Assembly (NCBI GenBank): GCA_964187785.1
Contig: OZ076415.1
Location: forward strand, 6,882,001-6,946,000
DNA from: Amphiscolops sp. MND2022
Lineage: Eukaryota
Length of the DNA stretch: 64,000 bases
Reading direction: 5' to 3'
Shown here: piece by piece, positions 1-13,220 of the stretch
Numbering within the stretch: position 1 is the stretch's first letter
How the letters are laid out: each line of letters opens with the position of its first letter
Translations under genes and position numbers: made by a program
The notes under the pieces: model-generated
What the model was told of the DNA's origin: nothing
Databases searched by the model: none
Seen by the model: only the letters and a program-made list of their open reading frames with translations

Positions 1-3000
1 TGGAAATCTTCTGCAACGCTTCCAAATAACTACTTTGCCGCTCTCAATCAAGCCCGTAGTCTTGAAAAACGTCTAAAAGACAAACCGATAACCTTGCAGA
101 AATACAAAGAAACCCTCACCAAAGATCTCGTCTTGAATTACGTCGAACCTGTCACCAAACAACATCCCCCTCCTGATAGAATTTGGTATCTGCCAACATA
201 CCCTGTTGAAAACCCAAACAAGCCAGGAAAAATCCGTCGCGTTGCGAATGCAGCCTCAAAATTCCAAGGCTGTTCCCTCAACACTTGTCTTCTGACCGGA
301 CCTGATCTTTTGGCCGACTTGCTTGAACTGATTCTTCATTTTCGAGAACATGCCATCGGTGTCCTTGCTGATATCGAAAGCATGTTCATGCAAATAGCAA
401 TCCGTAAAGAAGACCAGTCAGCCTTACGTTTTCTATGGTTGGAAGACAACGTAATTCGCCAGTACCAATACACCCGCCTAATTTTTGGTGCTAATTGTTC
501 GCCGTGTAGCGCAATTTTTGTACTCCGAAAATGCGCCGCCGACCATTCGACAAAATTCCCGGAAGGTAACCAAGCGTCCGAAAAAACTTCTACATGGATG
601 ACTTCATTGAGTCTTTTCCAAATGCGTCCGATGCTCGTCGTCTTACCGAAGACTTACGCAACAACGTCCTCATGCGAGGCGGGTTCCGTCTCACGAAATT
701 CCTATCTAACAACTCCGCCGCTATCAATCATCTTCCAGAATCCGAGAAAGAAACGCCCGTTCAAACGACCAGAGTCCATGGTCAGTCTTGGTGTCTGACT
801 GATGACACATATACCGCTCCTCCGCCAAAGCTCGTACCCGCCAACTCTACGCCAGCTTTTCAGTCTTGTCTTGTCTATTTTTGCTCCCATCGGTTTACTA
901 GCGCCCTTCGTCGTTCAATTTAAAATTCTTCTCCAGTCCCTATGGAAACATGGACAGAAATGGGATCAAATGATTCCGGAAGATCTTCACACGATCGAGT
1001 TAAACTCGTCGACCAATATCGAAACCTGCCTCCTATTTCCGTCCCGCGTCAACTTTGCCAGCCTTGTACTACCGTCAAGCTACACGTTTTTACAGATGCT
1101 TCTATTTCAGCATTCGCCGCCGTCATTTACGCCCGTCCGTCGCATACCGCTTCGAAATCCGCTACAATCACTTTCGTACTCGGAAAAAGTCGCGTCGCCC
1201 CCCTCAAACAATTAAGCGTCCCGAAACTTGAACTTGAAGCCGCTCTACTGGGAGTCCGTCTACTCCAAGTCGTTCGCAAAGCTTTCGATCAAAATTTTCG
1301 GTTTGTTACTTTCTGGACAGACAGTTGTGTTGTGCTCGACTGGATCCAAAACCAAAAAAAACTCAAAAGTTTCGTTACTCAGCGAGTTAACGAAATTTCC
1401 CGCTCTTCTGCCCCCGCGGATTGGAGGTATGTTCCATCCAATCTAAATCCAGCCGATCACGGCACAAGAGGTCTGAAACCAACAGACATCACCGCGAAAT
1501 GGACTAAAGGTCCAAGATTTTTGACAGAAAACACTCAACACTGGCCAACGAGGCCAAACAGCTCGTCCACCGACAACGTTTGCGCATTCGCGAGTGCTAA
1601 GTATCCGCCCGTCCTGCTTGACGTCCGCCGATTTTCGTCATGGCTCCGCTTGCTTAAAACGACCGCACAAGTCATACGTTTTGTTCGCCGCCTACGCAAT
1701 CGAAACTCTGATACAGGTCTAATTCCCGCCGATTTTCAACTTGCCCGTCTTCTGCTCATCCGACAGTCACAAGCAACAATCGTTTTCGTCAACCGTTGCC
1801 CACCTGAATTGCAACCTTCGTCCATCTGTGCAAGACAAACTTTTGCCTTACAATCCAGTCCTCGATGATCAAGGAATCCTTCGTTCTGCCGGCCGCCTGA
1901 AATACGCACCACTCCCGGAATCAACACGACTTCCCATCATTCTAGACGCTAAGAATCCCCTCGTGAAACTTCTTGTTGAGCATTCCCATGTCGTTTGCCA
2001 CCACGCCGGTCCGGAATACGTGAAAGCTTTTTTGCAGCAACGTTGTCTGATTATTGGAGTTCGTTGCGCGCTTCGAAGCGTAAGTCACAGATGTTTCGCT
2101 TGCCGCCGTTTTCGCGCCGAAAACATTCAACCTTTCATGGCTCCGCTGCCTCCTTTCCGTTATCCGTCACCAGATGCGCCTTTCCCTTTCGCTCAAACAG
2201 GTATCGACTTGTTTGGACCCTTTTTTATCGTCAATGGAAAAAAGCTCGAAAAGCACTACGCCATCATCTTCAACTGCCTGGTTACTCGCGCTTGTCATCT
2301 TGAGTCATGTCCTTTCATGACTAGCGACAGCTTCCTCAACGCTTTCCGACGATTCATTGCCAGGCGAGGACAACCGCAACTTCTAAGATCTGACAATGGT
2401 AGCAATTTCGTTGGTGCTCGACGTGAATTGCAACAATCCCTCAACGACAGCATAAAAAACGTCCGTGAGAATCTTCCTGAGTCCATTGAAATGCGATGGG
2501 ACTTAAACCCACCGTTTGCCCCACACTTCGGTGGTGTTTGGAAAAGAATGATCCAAACAGCTAAAAGGACCCTCCTGATCATTCTTGGCTCGAAGAAACT
2601 GACACTCGATTTCTTCCAGACAATTTTAACTGAAACCGAACTAATGCTGAACTCCCGACCACTTACCCATGTAGCAGACCAACCCGATAACGAAGAGCCC
2701 CTCACACCCAATCATTTTTTACTTCACAGGCCGTACGCGAACCTGCCACCAAGAATTTTCAACGATACGAAGGAACCCCTGTCCTTCAAGTCATGGAAAG
2801 AAGTTCAGAAAGTAATGAACCATTTTTGGGATAGATTCCTCAAGGAGTATCTGCCCACTCTTCATCAACGCTCTAAATGGAATCAAGACCAGCATCCACT
2901 CCAAGTCGGTGATATTGTGTGGGTCCTCAAAGATTTGACCCCCCGTGGGATCTGGCCTCTGGGAAGAATCGTCTCTCTGCACCCTGGTCCTGATGGAATA

Positions 3001-3081
3001 ACCCGTGTCTGTTCAGTAAAAACAGCTTACGGAACATTCGAACGACCCGCCGTTTCTCTTTCTCGCGTTTTCGCCCCGTGA
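1..3081 (+). mobile_element. BEL/Pao LTR retrotransposon pol region (RT, RNase H, integrase), frameshifted, 5'-truncated by the window edge
   Basis: RT motifs WYLPTYPV..PNKPGKIRRV, LLTGPDLL and ADIESMFMQI..LRFLW, with FYMDD at ~590. RNase H motifs LHVFTDAS, KSRVAP..SVPKLELEAA and FWTDS (942-1868). Integrase H..HH..C..C, GIDLFGP, SDNGSNF and a Pao-type C-terminus GDIVWV..WPLGRIV (1741-3081). Split over several frames. Confidence 0.95.
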
Positions 3082-3134
3082 CGGCTCGCTCCGCAATTTC
3101 AAATTTGCCTCTCCTCCTCTCTTCTTTGCAGCTC

Positions 3135-3200
3135 GGGGGGTGGAGCATGTCACTGACGTGATTCATCAAATGAAATACTTGACTCTTAATGTTTTCATGA
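3135..3200 (+). mobile_element. Polypurine tract and start of the 3' LTR of the BEL/Pao element (LTR end not located)
   Basis: GGGGGGTGGAGCA (3135-3147) directly followed by TGT at 3148, 66 bp after the pol stop. Confidence 0.6.
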
Positions 3201-4426
3201 CTAATTCATGCTTTGAGTGGAATTGTAGTACAATGTCATTGAACTCAATTGAAGTAAAAGAAGTCAATCTTTTACATGCGTCGTGTCTCTGATTGCTTTT
3301 CAGCATGTCTCAAAAGAGGCTGGGGCCGCTTTGACCCAATGTTGATACCAGTGGGATAAAAGGGCAACAAACGAAAACTGGTAAAACTGGAAATCAATCT
3401 GCACTCAATTTTTTTTGATTTTTTGGTCCCATCTTCTGGATTTCGGAGACACTACGTCAATATTCCGTGAAAATGCGCCGAATGCTATGCAATATCGTCT
3501 GAAAATTCTATTCAAGAGTTTTCTTTACCATACAATCAGCTGGTGCGTTTAGAATTTGCTGAAACTAAATGTGCCGAATTTGGTACAGTGGTCAAGTTAA
3601 GGTTAATTAGATATGTTCTAGTCTCATTGGTCGATATAGATTCAATAGCATCAAGTTGAATATATTGTTACCCATCAATTGCTTTAACGGTAGATTTGGA
3701 GATCTTAACGCATATTGCCAAAAATGTACCCAGAGGAGCTCTTGAACGCAAAAAAACTATTTACAAAAAGGAAGTTTTTCAAAAAAATATCTAAAAATCA
3801 AAGAACAGCCATCAAAATTGCTTCGAAAAGTTTTTTATTTTTAACCCGGGAAACTGTGAATACAACAGGAATCAGGAACTTGCTGGTGATATGAAATTTC
3901 TTCGAACACGCTTTTCCAGGAAGACGTTCCATTGATTCCGCAACACTCAAATCGCTGTTGGGTAAGGTCCCACGCTCTGAAAGACGGGATTATCTTGAAA
4001 CACCTCAGAGACTGTTAACACTGTCAAAACTCCTGGTCCAAAGACATGATTGAAAAACAAAATACCTAAAGGCCTATATGCCAAAAAATTTATTCATTCA
4101 CGTGGTTAAAAAGTATAATGATTTTTTCCGAGAGATAATTTCATTGATTCAAATGTGTTATTATATCAAGTTATAAATGAACTTCCTCACAAAAGCTATA
4201 TCGCCTGTACAATTTGAGGAAACTTTAAACATTACATATAATGGATATTATCATTAGTAGTAATAATTTAACAATTGGATAAAAAATCAATTTCGATCAA
4301 CACATTAGTTGCGAACACATTGGTTCTAGTATGATAAACGAAGATGAGACTGACGGTGCACTAAATTTATACTTCTGTTAACATAAATGTATATGTTTAT
4401 CCTCGGTCACTTTGTGTAAAAGATGC

Positions 4427-4651
4427 TGTGACACTGGTAACGACATGTGTCAATCCAGCAGATGCCAGCGAACAAACCTAATGAACTAAATGGCATAAAA
4501 CTACCAGTCAATGGCCTTATGTTGAAGTCATGTAACCACTATACATATATAACTTGTCTAGATATACTACAGTCGCGTTGATCCAAGCTAACTTACAATT
4601 GAGCTACTTTATTTTAATTCATTCTTAGAGCACCTTACTCTGTCTACTTTA
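4427..4651 (+). repeat. 5' LTR of Gypsy A
   Basis: TGTGAC...CTACTTTA, 96% identical to 25305-25529. Confidence 0.95.
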
Positions 4652-4665
4652 TGGCGCAGTCAGCA
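4652..4665 (+). promoter_or_regulatory. Primer binding site, probably tRNA-Ser
   Basis: TGGCGCAGTCAGCA immediately after the LTR, complementary to a tRNA 3' end ...GACUGCG-CCA typical of invertebrate tRNA-Ser. Confidence 0.75.
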
Positions 4666-4667
4666 TT

Positions 4668-7600
4668 TTGAACAAAATAATGGACAACAACAACACCAAC
4701 CTTAACCTAACGGAGGGTGAACCGAACACATTGGAGCGATCAACCAGAATGAACAACAATCAAACAACAACGTCAGAACGGATGGAAAAGACTAAATACA
4801 AAATTCCGATTTTATCGGACAGGGACACGGACCTCACAAAAATCAACCCCAAAATGTGGTGGGAGCAGATCGCGGAGTACATCCATCTGACATACAACCG
4901 TAACCGAGACGAAATCATCGATGAAGGAACAGAGTACCTGGATCCACACACAGTTTACCACATTAAAGGTGATGTCATTTGGGCACTTGGCCCAAAAGCG
5001 AAACACGAAATCATGAGAGGCCAATGGGGCCGTGAACTGAAAGATGTGAACCTATTCGAATTACCGACTTATTCAAGAAGACCTTCCTTCCTGCGAGAAA
5101 TGTATTTCACAGTAGAGCACAATTTTTCAACTGAAGCAGGAGGATAGTGAAACACTTGACGAATATTGGAAAAGATTAGTGGACACCGAACGAAAATGCG
5201 ATTTGGGCACCATCACAGCGGAAGAAATCATTACATACAAATTTGCATCAACAATTAAAGACAAAAGAGCCCGCGACAAATTCATAAAGGGCCCACTGAA
5301 ATAACAACTGGTCCTAGATACTATAGAACTTGACAACTACAACCGGAAATACGGGGACAAGAGACCGAAAAGCAAAAAAGCCAGAAAAGATTCATCAAAC
5401 AGCTCAAATTCTACCGAATTGATTGGACACACCAACCAACCGTGGAAACGCAAAACAAATTTTACCGAGAAGAAAAAGTTTTCAAACCGCAATTGCCGCT
5501 TTTGCGGAAAACCAAACTGCTCAATGGAGCACATTTGTCCGGCACGGAAGGCTCAGTGCAACAACTGTAAGAAGATGGGACATTTCGCCAAGGTGTGCAA
5601 ATCCAAAACCGTCAGCCGGATAAAAGAGATAGCTTCATCGGACAGCAGCACCGAGCCATGGCCGGAGATTGATCATATCCAGTCCGTCATCGGAGTGAAC
5701 CGTGTTGATTTCTACAAAACAATCCTATTGGTCGACGGCTAACCAATAGAATTTATCATTGATACCGGCTCACCCGTGACGATCGTACCTCCAATAATCA
5801 CACCAAAAGAATCAAAGAAAACGACAAAAACTTTCGTCGATGTGAACAAAAATCCCATCAAATTTAAGGGTGAGGCCATGGTCGAAGTGAAAACGGAGAA
5901 AAGTAAAGAAATACTGCCTATCCTTATCACAGAGAACAAAAATACACAACTAATATTGGGATTGGACTGCCTGGATAAACTGGAAATCGGGTTACAGGGC
6001 AGCAAAAAGACGAACGTGATCCGCCATGTAGAAGAAAATGAGAGACGAAAGAAAATTATCAGCGAACACGACGATCTATTTAAAAGTAACCATACCATAA
6101 AAGATCTAACGATTGACAACCAATTAAAGAAGGACATCAAACCTATTCAACAAAAGGGACGGCCTGTTCCTATACACTTTCAAAACAATGTCCGGGAGGA
6201 ATTAGAGGAACTTATCAAATCGGGACATATCGAGAAGGCTGATGAAATTACAGAAAATTTTTTCATTTCCCCTGCAGTCATCACCATCAAAAAAGACAAA
6301 TCTGTCAAAATTGCGTTGGATTCAAGAAAGCTTAACGAAGCATGCATAAAACGAAAAGCCGCAATGCCAAATATGGAAGAGCTAATCAGTAAAATCTCTG
6401 CCAAGATAACTAATGGCGAAGGCGAAATCTGGATGTCGAAGATAGACTTAGACTACGCCTACAGTCAGGCAAGACTGTCTAAAGAAGCAGCTAGACACTG
6501 CTTATCGACGGAGACTTTACCGGTCACTATCGCTTCAAGAAAGGCTTTTACGGATTATCAGATATCCCAACGGTGTTCCAGGAACACATTGACGGTGTAC
6601 TAGAATACAAAATCCCAGTTTGGCTCGATGATATTATTTGCGTGACTAACGGCAGTATCGAAGATCACGAGAAAGAGATACGAGAAGTCCTTATGAAACT
6701 GCAGAACGCCGGCTACCGAGCTAGCGAAAAAAAGACGGAACTGTTCAAGAAAGAACTAACCTGGCTCGGCTATTTCATCAATCAAAGCGGCGTGAAGCCA
6801 AATAAAGATAAAACTGAAGCGATAACCAAATTAGCCGCACCGAAGAATGTAAAGGAATTAAAATCTTTCCTGAGCTCCATTCAACAACAATTCAACAACA
6901 ATTCAACAACAATTTTCTCGAAGAAAACCTATCGAATGATGAAATTACTTGAAGAAAGACGTCAAATGGGTGTGGACTGCAGAAGTAAATGATGATTTTG
7001 AAAAACTGAAGAAGGAGAGTACTGAAGCCCCATGCCTGGCCCATTTTGACCCAAAAAGGGACAATTATATTACAACTGACGCTTGCAACACTGGACTGGG
7101 TGCGACCTTATGGCAAAAAGAAGGTGTAGTATTTAGACCCGTAGCTTTTGACAGTAGATTTTTAACTGATTGCGAAAAAAAATACGCAATAAATGAACTA
7201 GAACTTTTTGGAGCCTTATGGGGATTAGAACATTTCAGGTATTACGTTTACGGTAAGAGAGTAAGTTTGTTGACAGATCACCAAGCAGTACAACCATTAC
7301 TGAAAAAGAACCGGGCACATAAACAATATAGCGCACGCTTAACTTGTTGGTTGGATAGGCTGAGCCATTGTGATGTTAATATTCAGTACACGGCCGGCAA
7401 AAACATTCCGCCAACGGATTACCTAAGCCGTCATCCGATCGTACCGACCGAAATCGCCGAGCTAGAAAACAAAGCGGACGGACCAAACGAAGCGGAAGCC
7501 GACAAGGATTTCGTCGTCAATCAAATATACGGCTTATTTGAGTTCAACCGAGAGCGAGGAAGCATAAAACGATTCATCGAACAACTAAACACGAGAGAAA

Positions 7601-9678
7601 ATCTCGACCAATCACATCGCGACAAAAACGTACGTGAACAAAATTCAAAAACTCATTTGTGCAAAACCTCAACGCCGTCAATTAGCATTAACGCCATAAA
7701 CCGCAAAGTACCAAATTCGAAAATGGACAAAGCTAATGGTTTCGATATGAATTTCAGATACAAGAAAAGAGGTCACTCCCCGGAAACCAAACGCTTATGG
7801 ATAGAGCGAAAGCACTTACTGAAGCCAGACCGGACACGAATTGTCGGAAAAGGAAAGGAGAGTGAGCGGATACAAAAATACCGGCCAAACCAAGCCAGCA
7901 GAAAGAGGATAGTAGAACTCAATGTCGAGATCTGCAACCGCTTCTTCCATTTCTGTGAAACAATTGGGACGACACCCTTGTTGGAGTACCAACAGAATAA
8001 CAATGAATCCTGGCTACACAACAACCAGCCGGACTAAACAAGAAAAATGCTTTGAAGAAGTTTAAGAAACACGAAACCGTGAACTTGATCAGACTTAAGC
8101 AGACGGCGAAGAAAAACTTGCTCAGTGCAGATCAAAATGACAACACCGAAGATGCCATCAAAAGAGTGGAAAAGGATTTCGCGCTAGATCTTCCCCTCCT
8201 CGTAGATGAAACAGCGCGAGACATAAAAATACTCAACGCAATTGCTGCCATTGAAAACCAACAACTGGACAGCATATTTTATCCTTACCGTCAATATCGA
8301 GCACACCTGTCCACAAGATTCGGGCTGTTGTTCTACAACGACAAGATAATGATTCCAGAGAATATGCGGACAACATTAATCGCTATGTTGCATCACGGAC
8401 ACGCGTCGGCCGGATAGATGGAACAATTAACAGGAGCCTTCTGGTGGCCAGGAATGAACCGCAAGGTTCAGGAGAAGGCCGAATTATGCCCAAGCTGTAG
8501 GGCTGCAGGTAAGAACATTATCACTCAAATCCCGTCCACGGAGAAAAATAACCTAGAGATTTTAACCGAACCGAACCAAGAAATTCAATTGGACTTCGCC
8601 GGTCCAATCAAATCGAAAACACAAGGCGATGTATATATTTTAGTAGCCATTGACCGTTTTAGCAAATGGCCGACCGCACACAGTTGTAAAAGCACCGTCC
8701 TAAAATTTTTAACGAAATATTTTACCGACAACGGAACGCCACGGAATATTGGAACCGATAACGGCAGTTGTATTAAAAGTAACGAATTTAACCAATTTTG
8801 CGACGGTCAAAATATTAAACGTATAAGGTGCACGCCAAATTTACACACCGGTACCGGTTTAGTCGAACGAGCCATACGGACAATTAAATCATTTACTAGA
8901 GCAAACATGGCAGACGGCCTAACCTTTGAAGATAGCGTCCGATTAGCGATTAAAACAATTAGACAGACGCCACACAGCAGATTGAAAACGACACCTTTTC
9001 AGATGCATATAGGCAGAAAGCCGCGCACAGCTCTAACTAATCTGATAGATAAGCCAGAAAGTTTGCTATCTAATTGGAAGAAGACATTAGTTATATTTCA
9101 GCCCAACCGACAGAACTTCAAGTAGTCATCATAAATGATGCAGAAGGAGAGATGGTGGACTACTTGGTCCTCAACGAAACAAAGAAAAAAGGCCGTTCGG
9201 TAAGCCGGGATTTTAAAAATTACTAGTTCTACGAAAAGGAAAACAAACCGAACTCTATGAAATGTGGTTTTAAAACAAATAAAATTTTAACAAGGGGTAG
9301 CTGAAACAGGACACACAATAACCACTTCCGAAGGGAAGGTAATACATAAAAAATTAGCATCAAGGCCCCTGAATTTTCAGACATCAAAAAAGCCCCAGGA
9401 TCAGCGAAGACCAACAAACAGGTGCAGCAGATGTGGGAAATTCAGTAGCGGCGAATTATGTGAAACACATCTACGTCTCGAGGCCACTAATCAAGATGAC
9501 AACAATAATGAACCAGGCACCAGCCACACCACCATGCCGACCTTGCCAGCGAAAAAGAAACGGGCGTACAACCGTGTGGTGATGTACGACTCTTCTAGCC
9601 GTGATTCGGAATCAACAAGCAACTACGCCGACAGAGCTACCTCAGAAGAGGAAGATGCCACCGATGACATCACCATTA
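4668..9678 (+). pseudogene. Gypsy A gag-pol, decayed (Zn knuckles, aspartic protease, RT, RNase H, integrase)
   Basis: CRFCG..HIC..CNNCKKMGHFAKVC; IDTGSPVT; IDLDYAYSQ; WLDDII; TTDACNTGLGA..ELE; QLDFAGP, TDNGS. Many stops and frameshifts. Confidence 0.93.
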
Positions 9679-9719
9679 CAGTGCCAAAAGTGGGTTAACA
9701 CACTTTTGTGCTATTAAGT

Positions 9720-10105
9720 CACCGAAATCCACTGACATACTTTTAAACATGTATTTCACTGATTTTCATTGGATTCCGCTGTTGCCTGTTTTGGATTCCA
9801 CTAACATATCTAGCTAATGTACAAAAATGTGTGCACCGAAATCCACTGCTTTTCACTGCCAACTGATTGGACCAATCGCGTCAGCTTATTTCAACTTTCA
9901 GCGAAATTCGCTGAAACTTGCAGTGGATTCCACTTCAGCTTACAGTGGATTCCACTTTGGCTTACAGTCGATTCCACTTTGGCCTACAGCCGATTCCACT
10001 TTTCAACTTGTGGAATTGACTGCGAAACGAGTGGAATTGACTGTAAGCGAAAGTTGAATTCACTGTAAGCTGAAGTGGAATCCACTGCAAGTTTCAGCGA
10101 AAGGA
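9720..10105. repeat. E1 left subterminal region: GTGGAWTCCAC palindromic motifs and a fold-back
   Basis: Many (CA)GTGGATTCCAC(TG) variants. Arms ttcgctgaaacttgcagtggattccacttcagcttacagtg (~9907) and its reverse complement ending at ~10100. Confidence 0.8.
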
Positions 10106-10254
10106 CAGATCAGTGAAACATAAATATAAAATTTCTAATAATCTTCTTGCATTTTTCATGCTGAAACCTTTTGGCCGTTTAGTTTTGTCCCCCCTCCCCA
10201 CACCTGATTTAACAACTTATATATATTTATTATTATTATTAATTTGTTATGCAG

Positions 10255-12502
10255 GAACGGCTAGTTTCTGTTGGTTTAGGAGGTGGAAGCCTAGTACCGT
10301 CAATTCGTCACATCAAAAGAGCTACTAGCCTCATAATGAAATTGTTTGTTACAATTTGCGAGCCTGAGCGAACCTATTCTGGCTTTCGAGTCAGTTTACT
10401 GAAAGCAGTGACGTTTGCGTCATTAGTTTTACTGCAAAAAACCAATCTTGAAGGCCTTAAATTGATATTTGGGGTGACGGTTGCGAAATAGGGGGGGTGA
10501 GGTAACGCGTCTAGCATTCAGAATTTTGAACACCAAAGTTAGCAGCCAATCATCGAAAGCTGTCTTCTGTTTTGCATCATATCGTGGCAAAGATGGCCGA
10601 TATGCAATGGAACAAAATTTTGGCCTGTCTATCCTGGGTAAGCAAGAATCTGGATGGCTATACCGCCAGACAAAAGAACTACAAGCCTTGGGCGTTGAAA
10701 TTACATACAGTGGTGACAGCCCGTTCTTGACGCGTTTGGTCCTTGGAATTTCAACTGAACGTTCAAGTTCTCATCCGTCACAACTTCCGATATATGTATG
10801 CGATGAAAATTTCATCCCCACCCGCTGCTCAGATGTCGATGGAAGACGAACATCTTTGAAGATCCCATTCAGACAACATGTTCCTAGAGAAGCATTAGCA
10901 AGCATAATCGATGTCAGAACAATCTGCCCAGACGCTACACACATGATAACGCGTTGCACGGAGAATGATATTAGAAAAGTGGCTCAGAAGGTAATTGACG
11001 ACAAACATCCCTGGGAAACTTTGAGCATACAGCGCTTTGAGAAAAATTTGACCAGCCGAGAAGCTAAAAGACCGTCTTTTCAGTTCAATATCACCCACAA
11101 GAACGTAGGTAAAACCCCAGGAACAGTAGGACCACTGTCATTAGCGGGGTCGAATGCACTTACAGTTATAACCGAAACAGAAGAACTTAGAAGTGCTCAA
11201 TTTGGGACCATCACGAACCTTTATGACGGAGTTTGGACGACCGAGATACTACTTGGAAGAGAGGATGGATACAACTTGGGGGCTGCAAAAGTACTTAAGT
11301 CTTTATATCCACATTTATTTGACAAACGAGACCCCATAAATCCAAGAAACGAAGAAAGATATATATCAATTTATGACGCTTGTGAGCTTCTACGACAAAG
11401 TTTAAACCAGTGTGCTATTCTGTTGAGAACTCAGGGAACATTTGATGTCGACACTTACAAACGATGGGCTGAAACATACTTTCAAATCAATTTGCTCCTC
11501 TTCGGGCGAAAGGGGCTGTCACCATACAAGCTCAAGCTTCCATTGATAGCCCAACTAGTGGAGAGCGGATACATCGAGAAGCCATGGAATCACCTCTGCG
11601 AAGGCTTGGAAAAATCGAACCACAATGCGAACAGAAATTTTCAATCCCGAACCATGAGAGGCGGTGGCTCCATTTACCATCAAGATCCATTATTTCTGGA
11701 TACTGCATTTTCGTTTTGCCGGTTCCTGGATATTTCTTCAACAAGTTCCGAAAAAAAAATATCCAATGTCATTGAACATGTAAGAAAAACACTCACGACT
11801 GAAGAGACTTTAGAGGGTGCCAAAACTTATCTAGACATTTGTAGAACTCCCTTGGCGCTACCCTGCCTTGCCGTTGGCGAAAAGAGAGAATTTTGCGACC
11901 TTCTACGAGGATTGAGATTTACAATTGTAGGTAGGTTCAAGCGTGGGCTCACACAGGATTTCCTCAAAGATAGAATTTCCGAAATGGGAGGTGTCGTTTA
12001 TGAGAAAGAAAACGCGGAGAACATAATGAAATCCCATTCAAATATCTTGAATTTTTACGTTATTGTCAAAGACGAAGAGGACCTAATAAACGCGACCGGC
12101 GATAAACATCAATTGGAAGCCATGAGAAGAAAACTGAAGCTCCATAGACATTGTACCGCAAGCGAGTTGTCAACAGACGCCGAAAGCAGAGAAGATGAAA
12201 AGTGTTCAACAAAAAAGAATTTGTCTCCTGCAGCTTTGGCCTGCAAAAGATTTGCGTCGGGGGGTTTCATGTTCATCACTGTTGAATACGTACTCGAAAT
12301 GATGAAAAGTAACGTCATTCTGGACCCTGAAAATTATATTATAAGGCCTGGACTCTTGATCAACCCGATGAAAATTAATGACATGCGACCACTCTTGATG
12401 GATCAAATAGATGATAACAAATCAATAGCGAATACGTCAGCCATTGTGGCCTTGAAAAGATACCGAAACGGCCTAGTGAAACAACAAAACTCCAGCAGAT
12501 GA
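10255..12502 (+). CDS. RAG1/Transib-like DDE transposase with C-terminal BRCT domain (~750 aa after correcting two 1-bp homopolymer deletions)
   Basis: Reconstructed LKIDIWGDGCEIGG (D at 10476), TYSGDSPFL..LG (D at 10715), ICPDATHMITR, GLSPY..., CEGLEKSNH..F..RT.RGGG (E at 11609), matching RAG1 motifs GYDEK, IDALH and SEGNESGN. BRCT: GLRFTIVG..LKDRISEMGGVV ... ITVEYVLEMMKSNVILDPENYII. Frameshifts at 10459-61 and 10491-97. Confidence 0.75.
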
Positions 12503-12635
12503 TTGACTTTTACTCTGATTTCTGCAAATGCTTGTTACAATAAATGATTTTGAAGACATATGTTTTAATCTTTGCTTGTGGTACTAATTTAGCTTTTGAA
12601 CATTTTTTTCTCGGAAACTTAGACAAAAAATCTTA

Positions 12636-13220
12636 AGCATTTTACACCAAATCAAAAGGGGTACATTCAGTAAAGCATTAGTTCTAAATAGACTTTATTG
12701 CAGTGGATTCCACTATTCTGGAAAGTGTTCTTCATCCTGCGAAAAGCGATATGCGGAATTGACTAACATATACCAATACATTGACAGTGGATTCCACAAA
12801 CAAATGCTTAAACATTTGCAAACCAATACGAAAGGGGTACATTCATTAAGCATTAGTTCTAAATAGACTTTATTGCAGTGGATTCCACTATTCTGGAAAG
12901 TGTTCTTCATCCTGCGAAAAGCGATATGCGGAATTGACTAACATATACCAATACATTGACAGTGGATTCCACAAACAAATGCTTAAACATTTGCAAACCA
13001 ATTCAAAAGGGGTACATTCAGTGAATTATTAGTTCTAAATAGACTCAAGTTCCTATTGCAGTGGATTCCACTATTCTGGAAAGTATTCTTCATCCTGCGA
13101 AAAGCCATATGCGGAATTGACTAACATATACCAATACCTTGACAGTGGATTCCACAAACAAATGCTTAAACATTTGCAAACCAATTCAAAAGTGGTACAT
13201 TCAGTGAATTATTAGTATAT
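12636..13220 (+). repeat. Tandem array of a 175-183-bp unit (~3.3 copies)
   Basis: ggtacattc recurs at 12661, 12837, 13012 and 13195; each unit holds two CAGTGGATTCCAC motifs. Confidence 0.9.
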
